Notes: a model not told the origin generated them from the sequence alone. Positions 40,184 to 53,057 are shown, counted from the stretch's first letter. The stretch: DNA of 64,000 nt from Octopus sinensis (GCF_006345805.1 NC_043005.1:77562001-77626000), one strand, 5' to 3'. Program-made: numbers and translations.

Positions 40184-40955
40184 CTAGCAGAATTGAACGT
40201 GAATATGCAAATTGCTGTTGTGTTTCGCCTTCAGAGAACAACTTCTCACTCCAGACGATGTGTGGATAACACAGGCATTTCCGTGACATTGGCGGACTTT
40301 GAGACTCAGGCGTTTTGACTTGATTAAGTTCCTTCGGTCAAAGCTAACCCCTCCCGAATCATTGGGACTAGACAACAATAGTCGTTCTTGAGTATATAAA
40401 ATTCATCAAATAAAGTATATGCCGAGTTGATAATAAATTATTATGAATGAAAATCAAAAACGGAACGAGAAAAACAAACAATGATAATTATATTCCTTTT
40501 TAACATGTTCCGGCGGATTTGAACGTGAATCTCCTAATAGCTGTCTTATTTCGCATTCGCAAAAGAAAAATTTTTTCCTTCAAACCATATGTTGACAACA
40601 TACACATTATAGAGACGTAGGCGGTCTTTGAAACACCGGTATTTCAATCTGATTTTGTATCTCTTCAATCAAGGGTTATTCTTTCACCTCCATCCCCACC
40701 AGATCACTGAATCTAAACAAGAATGGTCGCTCTTGTTTATGGAATTCAAAAAAATTATTTGCCGATGCGTATCGATGACTGCAAAGCTGATAATAGATAT
40801 AATAAATTATGCTGATGAAGTATAACGGCAACAATCAAAAGAATAAGGAGTATATTCTTAACACGTTTCAGCAGATTTGAGCGTGACTAAGCTAATCGCT
40901 GGTGTGTTTCGCCTTCGGAAAACGACTTCTTTCAACTGATGTGTGGTGACAACAT
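40184..40955. repeat. Diverged tandem repeat, ~320-360-bp period, two to three copies
   Basis: gttc..gcagatttga.cgtga...gtttcgccttc recurs at ~40190, 40507 and 40865. Confidence 0.6.
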
Positions 40956-41218
40956 CTGGCAGGGGATGGTGGTGATCCCTGCTGTACTCTTTCACCACAA
41001 CTTTCTCTCACTCTTACTTCCTGTTTCTGTTGTACCTGTATTTCAAAAGGGCCGGCCTTGTCACTCTCTGTGTCACGCTGAATATCCCCGAGAACAACAT
41101 TAAGGGTACACGTGTCTGTGGAGTGCTCAGCCACTTACACGTTAATTTCACGAGCAGGCTGTTCCGTTGATTCGGATCAACCGGAACCCTCGTCGTCGTA
41201 ACCGACGGAGTGCTTCCA
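40956..41218 (+). mobile_element. 5'-truncated SINE D with a 12-bp TSD
   Basis: TSD tggtgacaacat at 40944-40955 and 41219-41230. Confidence 0.85.
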
Positions 41219-42169
41219 TGGTGACAACATACGCGATTTAGTGCCCTAGAGGGACTTTGAAACACCAATGTTTGGGTAACTGAAGATTTATCAGATCTGA
41301 CAGAGATAAAAGAATTTAAAAAAAGTGATGTTATTTAAACCCCAGATGTTTTATTTCAGCCGAGAACATGTAATATTTATAAATATTTGACAGTGATAGT
41401 AAGGACCGCTCAGTACTGCGAGCCAAAGAAGCACTGAATAAATTATGTGGAGTTCCCTTTTGTAACAGTAGTAAGTTTTGCTTTATAAGATGCTTATTTT
41501 ACACCGAGGTGGACTGGAATATTTTTAACTTATTCATCTTAGACACAAATACAAAATAGTGCCAGCGCATTGGCAGAAATAGTAACGTTATATACTCTAC
41601 CTCGTTCAATCTCTCCTTTCCTTACACTGCTTTCCGAGTTCAAATCCTACAAGTAGACTTTGCTATTAATGCTTTCATGGTTTATTACAACTAAATGGGA
41701 TTATATACCTGGTATTTGCTCAGTAGATTGTATTGCTAGTCATCGAGACCGGGTCAAGAGAAAGCGATGTTGACTACCATTATGAAAATATCAATTTACT
41801 GTAAAGGATAAACATTTATTCATTTCAAGCATTAGAGTAACTGAATCTATTGCTGTACCTAAAGAGTGACAATTATTGATTTCAGGGAATCGATGGAGTA
41901 ATTGGAGTGTGACGTTCATGCCATTCCCACGGCTATTAATAATTAATTAATGTCATGAACTTGTGCTAAATGTGATCAACCTATTTGACCTATTCTTGAA
42001 ATCTGTGTGATTTGAGACAATAGACAATAAAGTGCATCGCCCGCAGTGGGAGAGGAAAAAAGGAAAAGATTCTCTGTAACTTTGAACTCCTCAATAAAAC
42101 AATAACTTAAATAGCTGTTTAGGTGTTTATTGTAGCTAATTGAAAAGGTGGTGACGTAGTATTTATTGT

Positions 42170-43024
42170 TATTTCTTTATTACCCACAAGGGGCTAAACA
42201 TAGAGGGGACAAACAAGGACAGACAAACGGATTAAGTCGATTATATCGACTCCAGTGCGTAACTGGTACTTAATTTATTTACCCCGAAAGGATGAAAGGC
42301 AAAGTCGACCTCGGCAGAATTTGAACTCAGAACGTAACGGCAGACGAAATACCTATTTCTATTGCTTTACTACCCACAAGAGGCTATACACAGAGAGGAC
42401 AAACAAGGACAGACAAACGGATTAAGTCGATTATATCGACCCCAGTGCGTAACTGGTACTTAATTTATCGACCCCGAAAGAATGAAAGGCAAAGTCGACC
42501 TCGGCGGAGTTTGAACTCAGAACGTAAAGACAGATGACATACCGCTAAGTATTTCGTCCGGCGTGCTAACGTTACTCCCAGCTCACCGCCTTAGAATTCT
42601 ATAATTATTTATTTCTTTATTGCCCACAGGCGGCTAAATATAGAGAGGACAAACAATAACAGACAAACGGATTACATCGACTCCAGTGCGTAACTGGTAC
42701 TTAATTTATTGACCCCGAAAGGATGAAAGGCAAAGTCGACCTCGGCGGAATTTGAACTCAGAACGTAACAGCAGACGAAATACCTATTTCTATTGCTTTA
42801 CTACCCACAAGAGGCTATACACAGAGAGGACAAATAAGGACAGACAAACGGATTAAGTCGAATATATCGACCCCAGTGCGCAACTGGTACTTAATTTATC
42901 GACCCCGAAAGGATGAAAGGCAAAGTCGACCTCGGCGGAATTTGAACTCAAAACGTAACGGTAGACGAAATACCGCTAAGCATTTCGCCCGGCGTGCTAA
43001 CGATTATGCCAGATCGCCGCCTTA
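42170..43024 (-). mobile_element. Tandem array of four SINE B units
   Basis: Two dimers, each joined at cagacgaaatacc|tatttct. Confidence 0.92.
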
Positions 43025-43233
43025 ACATAGTATTTATTGTATGGATTCGTCTCTGGCGAAAGGGCAACGCACGTGACTTTTGCATAGCCTGCAGCATTGT
43101 TGGAAACAACGAGAAGAAAAAATCATGACGAATGGGTTATATTCCGATTAGATACACGATTATTCGAATATTTGAGAATAATAATTAACTCTTCTAAAGA
43201 TATCTTAAAGACCAGCAAATGGTATTAAAACCA

Positions 43234-43443
43234 GGTGATGAGTTACGTCCACCAGAGAAATACTTGCATCAGAATGAACCCAGCTAAAGGTAAGTCAAAA
43301 ACTAGATGGTGATGTTAAAACAAGATGATGGGTCAAGTCTACTTCAGAAATATTTGTATCAAAATGAACACTGCTAAAGTTATCTATTGATCAGGAGAAG
43401 TTAAGATCAGGCGATGGATCAAGTCTAGCTCAGAAAAGTATGC
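43234..43443. repeat. Diverged ~90-bp tandem repeat, two to three copies
   Basis: gatg.gt.a.gtc.a..cagaaa...gtatca..atgaac. Confidence 0.55.
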
Positions 43444-44172
43444 AGACTACCCTTACCACACGGGATTTCTGAAAATGTGAACTGTCTTCAGAAATTGTTG
43501 GTAGGAGAGAGAGGAAAGGAAAACAGAAGATTAAGTACCAGACTTTAAAAAGAAATATAAATTCTGGGTTCCATTTGTACGACTAAAACTCTGCGAGGCG
43601 GTGCCCCAGCATGGTCACAGTCGCAATGACTGGAAAATATAAAAGAAGATAAAACAAGAAAATAAAATTGATTATGCTTCAAATACAAACGAAGCGCAAG
43701 AAATATATTAATATCAATGCCATCGACACCACCATAGTTCTATACACTTTGTGTGTTATTATGCCTATGCCAAACATTATTTTAATAAAATTTAATTACA
43801 GTTATTAGCATGCAATGTATGTGACATATCTGCGCAATTAAGTATACATGATGTCATTAATTTGTTAAATTAATTGACAGTATGAGAAGAGTTAATGTAA
43901 TTATTATAATTTTTTAAGATAGGCCGTCAACTAGATTTCATGATATTATATAATAAATGCATTTACGTAAATTTCAAAGGCGATGATTAAAAGAGAAATA
44001 AGACAAAAGTGTATGCGTATATGTTTATGAGTATGTCGTAGTTCAGCTTCCAAATCAGATCTGAACAATCAGACCTACAATCAACGGCTCTCTGGCCTTG
44101 ACCCTCCAGTCTTTTCAAACTTTTTATTTTTCTTATCTCAGTGAATCAGTGGTGACATTATTTAAAATCTAT

Positions 44173-44782
44173 AAGGTGGCGCGCTGGCAAACTCGTTAGC
44201 ATGTCGGACAAAGTGCTTGGCGGCATTTCGCACACCTTTACGCTCTGAGTTCAAATTACGCCGAGATCGACTTTACCTTTTATCCTTTCGGTATCGATAA
44301 AAATAAGTATCAGTTGAGCGCTGGGGGGGGGCGATGTATCGATTAGCTCCTTCTCCAAGAATTTCAGGCCTTGTGTTTTACTAAAAAAAGATTATTTAAA
44401 ATCTTTAAGGAGGCGAGCTGGCAGTGTCGTTAACACGCGGGCGAAATGCGTCTGAGTTCAAATTCCGCCGAGGTCGACTTTGCCTTTCATCCTTTCGGGG
44501 TCGATAAATTAAGTACCATTTACGCACTGGGGTCGATATAATCGACTTAATCCGTTTGCTTGTCCTTGTTTGTCCTCTCTGTGTTTATCCCCTTGTGGGT
44601 AGTAAAGAAATAGGTATTTTTTCCGGCTCTTTACGTTCTGATGTCACATTCCGCCGAAGTCAGTATTGCCTTTTATCCTTTCAGAGTAGACAAAATAAAC
44701 CACCAGTCAAGTATTGGGGTTGATGTGATCGACCTCTTTGCGCCACCAAAAGTTACTGGCCTCGTACCAATATTTAAAAACC
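44173..44782 (+). mobile_element. Three adjacent SINE B copies
   Basis: attatttaaaatct recurs at ~44157, 44391 and 44783. Confidence 0.85.
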
Positions 44783-45157
44783 ATTATTTAAAATCTATTT
44801 CCTTTTCTCTTCCTTCCTTTTTAACGAGAGCACTGTGTCACTTGAGAGACATTTGGCAGCTATTTATAAGATGTGGAGTGATCACGTAGGACCCTGCTTC
44901 GTTGGTGTGTATCTAAGCTGTGAGCCTGAGAAGGATCTATACCTGCATGTGTGAGAGAGAAAGCGCAAAAGAGAAACGAGGAAAATAAAAGGGAAAGACG
45001 ATGTGTGTTCATTCTTGCGTATGAGTATGTCGTAGTGCAATCCCCAGATCACACCTGATCTGTAATCAAAGGCTTTTTGGTCGTGGCCCTCTAGTTTTTT
45101 CAGATATTTTTTCTTATCCCTGTCTATCAGAAACGATAGTATTTAGAATCTATTTTC

Positions 45158-45435
45158 CTGAAAGATCTGTAGAGCTCGACGAGGACGTCTTACAAACCCT
45201 GGTGGAACAAAATCTCATCGTATCTGTTGAGAAACTAGCAGAGAAGCTTAGATTTGGTCATTCAAACAGTCATTCAAGTCAGCGCTAGAAGAAAAACGAC
45301 CATCTTTGGTTTCAATACGAAAGGTGTTCTTCCATCAGGATAATCCTCGGCCACATGTAGCGAGGATGACATTCCCAAGGCTGGAGCAGTTTGAATGGGA
45401 AACGATGTCCTACCAACTATGTTCGCCGGACATAG
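45158..45435 (+). pseudogene. Internally deleted mariner transposase fragment
   Basis: RSVELDEDVLQTLVEQN..EKLAEKL / EKRPSL..FHQDNPRPHVA..LEQFEWE..SPDI. Confidence 0.8.
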
Positions 45436-45439
45436 TTGA

Positions 45440-45712
45440 GCTGGTCACCGGAACAGCTTCCACGTGAGGCCTCGTTTGCTAGATCAACCGGTTATCAAGT
45501 AAGTGTGCACGTGACTGAGGACTCCACAAAGAGGAATACCTTTCAGCATGACAGACAATATGACAAGGCCGGCCCTTATGAATTACAGGTGTTTCAGTGG
45601 ACAAGATTAAAGTGAAATAAAGTGTCTTCAATAACACACGGCGCCGCCGGGAGTCGAACACACAACCTTACGATTGTGATCGAATAACCTAACCACTTAA
45701 ACCCACGCCTTC
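45440..45712 (-). mobile_element. SINE with a C-like head and a tail like 63056-63220
   Basis: Head/tail similarity. Confidence 0.6.
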
Positions 45713-45828
45713 CCTATAGAATATGTGTGTGTGTGTATGTGTCTGTATTTATATACATATATATATGTATGTGTGTGTATTATTTTTCATCGAACCGTTT
45801 CACTATGTGCATATATATATATATATAG

Positions 45829-46229
45829 GGCGCAGGAGTGGCTGTTTGGTAAGTAGCTTGCTAACTAACCACATGGTTCCGGGTTCAGTCCCACTGCGTG
45901 GCATCTTGGGCAAGTGTCTTCTGCTATAGCCCCGGGCCGACCAATGCCTTGTGAGTGGATTTGGTAGACGGAAACTGAAAGAAGCCTGTCGTATATATGT
46001 ATATATATATAAGTGTGTGTTCCCCTGTGTTTGTCCCCCCCCCTAGCATCGCTTGACAACCGATGCTGGTGTGTTTACGTCACCGTCACTTAGCGGTTCG
46101 GCAAAAGAGACCGATAGAATAAGTACTGGGCTTACAAAAAAGAATAAGTCCCGGGGTCGATTTGCTCGACTAAAGGCGGTGCTCCAGCATGGCCGCAGTC
46201 AAATGACTGAAACAAGTAAAAAAAGAGTA

Positions 46230-46232
<3 letters not shown>
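45829..46232 (+). mobile_element. SINE family A, full length
   Basis: Near-consensus copy. Confidence 0.92.
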
Positions 46233-46299
<67 letters not shown>

Positions 46300-46301
<2 letters not shown>

Positions 46302-46481
46302 GGAGTAAACACTATAATGTGAAACAAGGTGGAAAAAAAGAGTACTCAAATACCAGTGGTAGAGTAATATGCTTTATTTTAAGCAGCAGAAAATTCAACA
46401 AAATCTGTTACTCTGAGTTTCTCGTTGCCGAGAAACTCAGAGTAACAGATTTTGTTGAATTTTCTGCTGCTTAAAATAAAG
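46300..46481. mobile_element. Second copy of the 6202-6426 foldback, centre deleted
   Basis: Same arms; both CTGATGA cores are lost. Confidence 0.85.
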
Positions 46482-46527
46482 TATATATATATAATATATT
46501 TAAAATTTATATATATATATATTTATA

Positions 46528-46750
46528 TTGATAAAAATAGTAAGACAACAAAACAATGAAAGAGACCTCGATACTATACAAATAGAGGAATTTATCTGTA
46601 ATGTAATATGTGACAATTATTCGGTAGCCATGATAAAACTCGAGTTTCGTGGGGGTGGATAACTGAAGAGATGGCGGCGTGGATTTCCACCCCGACCACC
46701 GAAACTCGGAGTTTTATCATGGCTACCGAATAATTGTCACATATTACATT
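46528..46750. mobile_element. Foldback element (arms ~46600-46648/46700-46750)
   Basis: Related copy at 60113-60260. Confidence 0.8.
46658..46718 (+). ncRNA. Type I hammerhead ribozyme motif
   Basis: gataa-CTGAAGA(46663-69)-long GC-rich stem II-GAAA(46701-04)-ctc g gag-TT-ttatc. Confidence 0.72.
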
Positions 46751-46830
<80 letters not shown>

Positions 46831-46889
46831 ATATATATATAATATATATATATTATATATATATTATATATACATATATATATATAATA

Positions 46890-47194
46890 GAAATATTAAA
46901 ATTACTAGTATCTCTCTAAAGAGATAACAACGCATAGCGTTCCCGGAAATATATTATCGCCATACTAATATGGCATTCTTATAAAAATAAGAAAAAAGCT
47001 GACCGCTTATTAGCTCCATGAGGCCATCGCCTTAAGTTAGCTATTTGATACACAAACTGTATCCATATAACCTTTGAACAAGGTATATGGATACAGTTTG
47101 TGTATCAAATGCTAACTTAAGGCGATGGCCTCATGGAGCTAATAAGCGGTCAGCTTTTTCTATTTTTAAGAATGCCATATTAGTATGGCGATAA
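46890..47194. mobile_element. Foldback element: ~240-bp near-perfect palindrome (46954-47194)
   Basis: Read directly; flanked by (TA)n. Confidence 0.85.
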
Positions 47195-47196
<2 letters not shown>

Positions 47197-47234
<38 letters not shown>

Positions 47235-47262
47235 TAATATATATATATATAATACATATATA

Positions 47263-47353
<91 letters not shown>

Positions 47354-47413
47354 TATATATATTATATATAACATATATATATTATATACATATATATATA
47401 TATATATATATTA

Positions 47414-47467
<54 letters not shown>

Positions 47468-47499
47468 ACTATATTATATATAATATATATATAATATAT

Positions 47500-47531
<32 letters not shown>

Positions 47532-47571
47532 CATACTATATATACATATATATATACATATATATATATAC

Positions 47572-47667
<96 letters not shown>
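47197..47667. repeat. Long (TA)n array
   Basis: Direct. Confidence 0.95.
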
Positions 47668-47670
<3 letters not shown>

Positions 47671-47898
47671 GCGGAGAGCTGGCAGAAACGTTAGAGCGCC
47701 GGGCGAAATGCTAAGCGGTATTTCGCCTGTCGTTACGTTGTGAGTTCAAATTCCGCCGAAGTCGACTTTGCCTTTCATCCTTCGGGGTCGATAAATAAAG
47801 TACCAATTTCGCACTGGGGTCGATGTAATCGACTTAATCCCTTTGTCTGTCCTTGTTTGTTCCCTCTATGTTTAGCCCCTTGTGGGTAGTAAAGAAAT
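47668..47898 (+). mobile_element. SINE family B, full length
   Basis: Near-consensus copy. Confidence 0.92.
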
Positions 47899-47982
47899 AT
47901 ATATATATATACACATACATACGCACACGCACACAGACACACACATACACGTACACACAGACGCGCACACACTCATCATGTG

Positions 47983-48013
<31 letters not shown>

Positions 48014-48342
48014 CTATTTATCTTCATCTATAATTATCAGGCTTTCCACGAAGTTTCCCCCATCCATATTTACTTTACAGTACATTAAACCTAAGGGTAG
48101 GGGGGAAAACGTTTGCACTATTTGCCGGAAGGTGGGATCGAAATAGAAACCTCTGAGTTTCAAAGCGAATTTCTTTACCATACATCTTTGCCTAAACGTG
48201 ATTCGCGTAGACTTATACTGCAATACCGACGAAAATACTTCTGAATATGAAAAAGAAGCGGGCTAAGAGGGGGCGGAGGAGAGAGAGGACAGAGAGGAGG
48301 AGAGAAGAACGAAGTAGAGAGAGACAGGAAATGAAGGAAACA

Positions 48343-48575
48343 ACCGACCGACCGACCGACCGACCGACCGACCGACCGACCGACCGACAGACAGACAGAC
48401 AGACAGACATGCATGCATGCATGCATGCATACATACATACATACATGTATGAATACACACATAAATACATGCATGCATACCAAAGATATAGAGAGGGAGG
48501 GGAATGTTGATAGAGTAGATAGATAGATAGATAGATGGCTAGATAGATAGATAGATGGCTAGATAGATAGATGGC

Positions 48576-48616
<41 letters not shown>

Positions 48617-48711
48617 GGCTAGATAGATAGATGGCTAGATAGATAGATAGATAGATAGATGGCTAGATAGATAGATGGCTAGATAGATAGATAGATAGAT
48701 AGATAGATGGC

Positions 48712-48787
<76 letters not shown>

Positions 48788-48788
48788 G
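48343..48788. repeat. (CCGA)n/(GACA)n/(GCAT)n and (TAGA)n with tggc variant units
   Basis: Direct. Confidence 0.92.
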
Positions 48789-49243
48789 TATACTATGTGG
48801 AGGGAGATGGAAGCTAAATATCATGAAAGATGAAAACAAGTCGATTGAGAATATGATCCAGGGAAATATGGCCAGATTTTTGGTGCAGCATCATTAAAAC
48901 CAGAAACCGTTTTCTGATATGTAATAAATTTATTACTATGACAGAAATAATCAGAGATGTTGTTTCGTGGAAAGATAGGAGTTCTAGAAACCTATATAAA
49001 TATGAAGAGATTAAGTCGTAGATTTATTCATTATGACATGCACACAAACATATAAGCATGCAAGGAGATATATCAAAATATACGGGAGGAGGCAAAAAAA
49101 TATGCATGCATCAACATAAAGCATGTACAAACAGACAGAACTTTGCATGATGTGTTTGCTCATACATATTTGTATATATACATATATGTGTGTGTGTGTG
49201 TGTTTGTGTGTATATGGACACCCATCCACACATATATATGCAT

Positions 49244-49293
<50 letters not shown>

Positions 49294-49325
49294 ATAATAG
49301 ATAGATAGATAGATAGATGAGATAA

Positions 49326-49490
49326 GTTTCTTTATTGGCCACACAGGGCTGCACACAGATGGGACAAGTTACAAGGTAGAGCTTTTCTTTTGGGAAGAAT
49401 GAAGAAAACAAAAAAAAGGGGGTGGCGTAGGTTTTTCGATCAAGAGGGATCGTAAAAGGGAAGAAAAGAGCAAAAAAAAATAAATAGAAG
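49326..49490 (-). mobile_element. Probable LINE 3' UTR whose end resembles the SINE B tail
   Basis: Minus strand ccttgtaacttgtcccatctgtgtgcagccctgtgtggccaataaagaaa. Confidence 0.5.
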
Positions 49491-49492
49491 AT

Positions 49493-49790
49493 GGAGGCGC
49501 AATGGCCCAGTGGTTAGGGCAGCGGACTATCGGTCATAGGATCGCGGTTTCGATTCCCAGACCGGGCGTTGTGAGTGTTTATTAAGCGAAAACACCTAAA
49601 GCCCCACGAGGCTTCGGCAAGGGGTGATGGCCATCCCTGCTGTACTCTTTCGCCACAACTTTCTCTCTTTCTTCTGTTGGCCTGCTCGCTTAGCCTGCGG
49701 GGTATAGTCATTTGAAGGCTAAAACAATGCGAATCGCATTGTGACCAGCGATGTGTAACAACATCTGATAGCCTGGTCGGTCACGGTGAT
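49493..49790 (+). mobile_element. tRNA-headed SINE family D
   Basis: Box A tggcccagtgg, box B gtttcgattcc. Confidence 0.85.
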
Positions 49791-50015
49791 ATATATATGA
49801 ACATTCATATTTAGATATCTAGATATGTTCATATATTTACATATACGTATGTATGTGTTTTCATATGTATATATGCATATTTATAAACACACAGCACACA
49901 CACATACAAACACACACACAGATATATGTGTGTGTGCTTACACACGTATTTATCATATGTGTGTATGTATGCACGTAGTTATGTGTATATATATAACTCC
50001 ATGCATACATGTAAA

Positions 50016-50460
50016 TCGATTGGAAAATGCTCCGCTTTCCAGCCTGCACCTTCAGATTCCTCGAGGAGGTTTACATAACGCTCAATCTTTCGAGCCTGAG
50101 CGGCGTCCATGTTATCTTCATGAGAAACCGCTAACTCGACTAGATTCACAACTTTCCTTCTTTCACACCACATTAAAATGTCCAGTTTTTTCGTAGCTGG
50201 GATGGGCAAGAGTCTCTGGCACCCTGTTTAAATCTGCAGCCACTTCCCACTAGCCGTTCCCCTTTTCATCGCTGACTAGCGACAGAAGTAGCATCAATAC
50301 CAAAAGGTAATCTTTATATCCAATTTAACATGGATGTTTTGTCAGAGAAACAGATGTATAATTCAGTTGAGGCTGTGCACACCTCTTTCTGCCTCAGTAG
50401 ACGTCATCAGCACAGTATTTTCCCTACCTTGTCTCCAGAACAACTAGATGGATTATAGGC
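50016..50460 (-). pseudogene. HERO-type RLE endonuclease domain fragment
   Basis: WEVAADL...TKKLDILMW...VNLVELAVSHEDNMDAAQARKIERY...GWKAEHFPI. Confidence 0.82.
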
Positions 50461-51219
50461 TGTATTGTCCCCCTCTATGTTTGGGCCCTTGTGGCTAATA
50501 AAGAAACAGGATGTCTTGTCAGAGCATCAAATACTGCGTTATTAGCCTGCATAATAGCACGCACGTAGATCTAACAGACGAGAATTGTCTATCATGGGTG
50601 CAGGAACTCCCATATCCCGTGATTCATTCTGCTGGAAATCTTCAGTCAAATCTCGCTGCTATGATATATAGAACATCAGCATCTTTGCAGACACTGCTGT
50701 GGCAAATAGTCAGCAGTCTTATCAAAAATCAATTATCAGCGACAAGCTACTATAAGTTTCATGCTCTGAAAGTAAATTTGTCGAACGAGCTTATTATATA
50801 ACATACTGTGTACTATCTTGAAACGTTACAGGCTCAAAATAAAACGTGGTTGCTCTCTGAGAAAAAGCGAAAAAGAACGAGAAAGAACGAGAGAGAAAAA
50901 GCGTAAATGAAAAAAGAAAACGAGATAAAGAAAGCACGGAGGGAAGGGAGATAAGTATCATGTCCTTTTGGTCCGTTTCGATGGGAGATAACCAATGTTA
51001 GCATGGTTAATTTGACGAGGAGATGGTGAGATTATATGCCTAATCCGTAGAGGTAGTAGGTAGGTTCCCCATTTTCAAAACAGAAATTTGTCGAGATATT
51101 TTGCCTTGTTAATTCCCATGAAGAGAGAAGTAATCTGGTGTCGCTTTTGTCATTCTCTCCGATTTTCACATTTTTTTTATTTTCTCTTTTTTTTTATTTA
51201 TTTATCGTAAGCTAGAATG

Positions 51220-51580
51220 GTTTCAGAATTTGGCCTAAGGCCAGAAATTTTGAGCGGAGGGGGCATATCGGCTGCAATGATCCCTAGTACTTGATTGCTG
51301 CTTTATTTTACCGACCTCGAAAGAGTCGACGGCAAAATCGACCTCGGTATAATTTGAACCCAGAATGTAAAGTGTCGGAAAATGCCGCTAAGCATTTTAT
51401 TCAACACGCTAACGATTCTGCTACCGCACCGCCTTCTTCTAACCTATGCACAAGGCCTGAAATTGTTGGGTCGAAGGTTAATCGACAAACTCGACATATC
51501 ACTTGACTGATAATTTTATTTATCGATCTCAGAAGGTTGAAAGACAAAGTAAATTGATCTTGGCACGATTTGAATTCAAG
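51220..51580 (-). mobile_element. Two diverged SINE B copies
   Basis: Similarity to the B consensus. Confidence 0.65.
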
Positions 51581-51769
51581 AGGATAAATAGTAATGCAAC
51601 TGATTCTACAATAGTCACAAGGGCCGCAGCACATATAAAGAAGGACATACTCTTCTATTCTAATTCCATTCTTGTCAACGATGCATCAGTAACATAGCTT
51701 GTAGGGCCGAGGTGAGTGGTCCACCCCCGGGCGACACTTTTATGAGACGGCATTTTAGATCCGCTGTAT

Positions 51770-52308
51770 AAGCCTGTATGGATTTGGAGGTGGCGAGTAC
51801 ATCAAAGGCTTCCCCGGGCGTCACATTTAGAGCAAGGGCTGCCTTTGAAGCCTGCTGAATAAATGTGTGTAGGCTTGGTGTCCTGGGAAGTGGGTGGCAA
51901 ATTCAAAAGCCAGTAGAGGTGGCACAGACTTTCTCTACACCACTACGATGCATTGTATCAGCCTGTATGGATTTAGAGGTGGGGGGTACATCAAAAGCTT
52001 CCTCGAGTGTCGCATTTAGAGCAGAGGCTGCCTTTTGGGGTCTGCTGTATAAGCTTGTATAAGTTTGTTGTCCTGAGAAGGATGGCAGACTCAGAAGCTA
52101 CCCCAGGTGGCACACACTTTCACTACACCACTAGGATACTTCGTATCAGCCTGTATGGCTTTGGAGGTGGAGGGTACGTCAAAGGCTTCCTCGAACGTCA
52201 CATTTAGAGCAAGGGCTGATTTTGGGGGTCTGCTGAATAAGCTTGTATAGTCATGGTGTCCTGAGAAGGGGTGGCAAACTCAGAAGCTACCCCAAGTACC
52301 CTAGGATA
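51770..52308. repeat. Tandem repeat, ~189-bp unit, about three copies
   Basis: agcctgtatggatttggaggtgg at 51771, 51960 and 52148. Confidence 0.9.
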
Positions 52309-52786
52309 CGTTGTGAGAACATTATACCTTAATTGGAACTTAATTTTATTGGATCCTCTCACTCGGAACGATGAACGGCGAAACTGGACTCGGTGTGATT
52401 TGAACACATAACGTAAACAACCGTAACTAAGTACAGTGAATATTTTTTCTAAGCTCTAATCATTCTATTAATCCAGATTTTATCGATTACATTCTATCAC
52501 TAAGTTGTTGTGAAGATGCGTGGCTGAGTCGTTAAGATATTCAGGATCACAAGATTGTGGTTTCAGTTCTCGGACCAAGCCGTCCATCGTATTCGTGAGT
52601 GTAACGTTTTATTTTCACGTTGGTCCAGACCAATCAACTATAAATAAGTTGCCTAGCGACAGACTTGCGGACTGGCGGACTGGCGCTCCAATCGGAGAGG
52701 TCGTTGTGATCCTGGTCACTTGTACGCCATGGAAACCGAGTAACCAGACTTATGAGTCGTGGGAGTCGAAACGATCATTTCCAGAG

Positions 52787-53013
52787 GATGATGATAGTGA
52801 TGATGATGATGATGATGATGATGATGCCGACGGCGACGACAACGACGACGATGATGATGACGATGACGATGATCATGATTTTCACGATGATGATGATTTT
52901 GATGATGATGATTACGACGATGATGATGATGATGATGATGATGATGATAAAGATGATGATGACGAAGATGATGATGATGAGATGATAATGATGATGATGA
53001 TGATGATGATAAA

Positions 53014-53057
<44 letters not shown>

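Noticed and set aside
42170-43024. Regularly recurring repeats resembling a CRISPR array
   Set aside because: They are whole SINE units with no unique spacers, in eukaryotic DNA with no cas genes.
49493-49565. tRNA-like sequences at SINE heads
   Set aside because: They have A/B boxes but no complete cloverleaf and continue into SINE bodies, so they are not tRNA genes.
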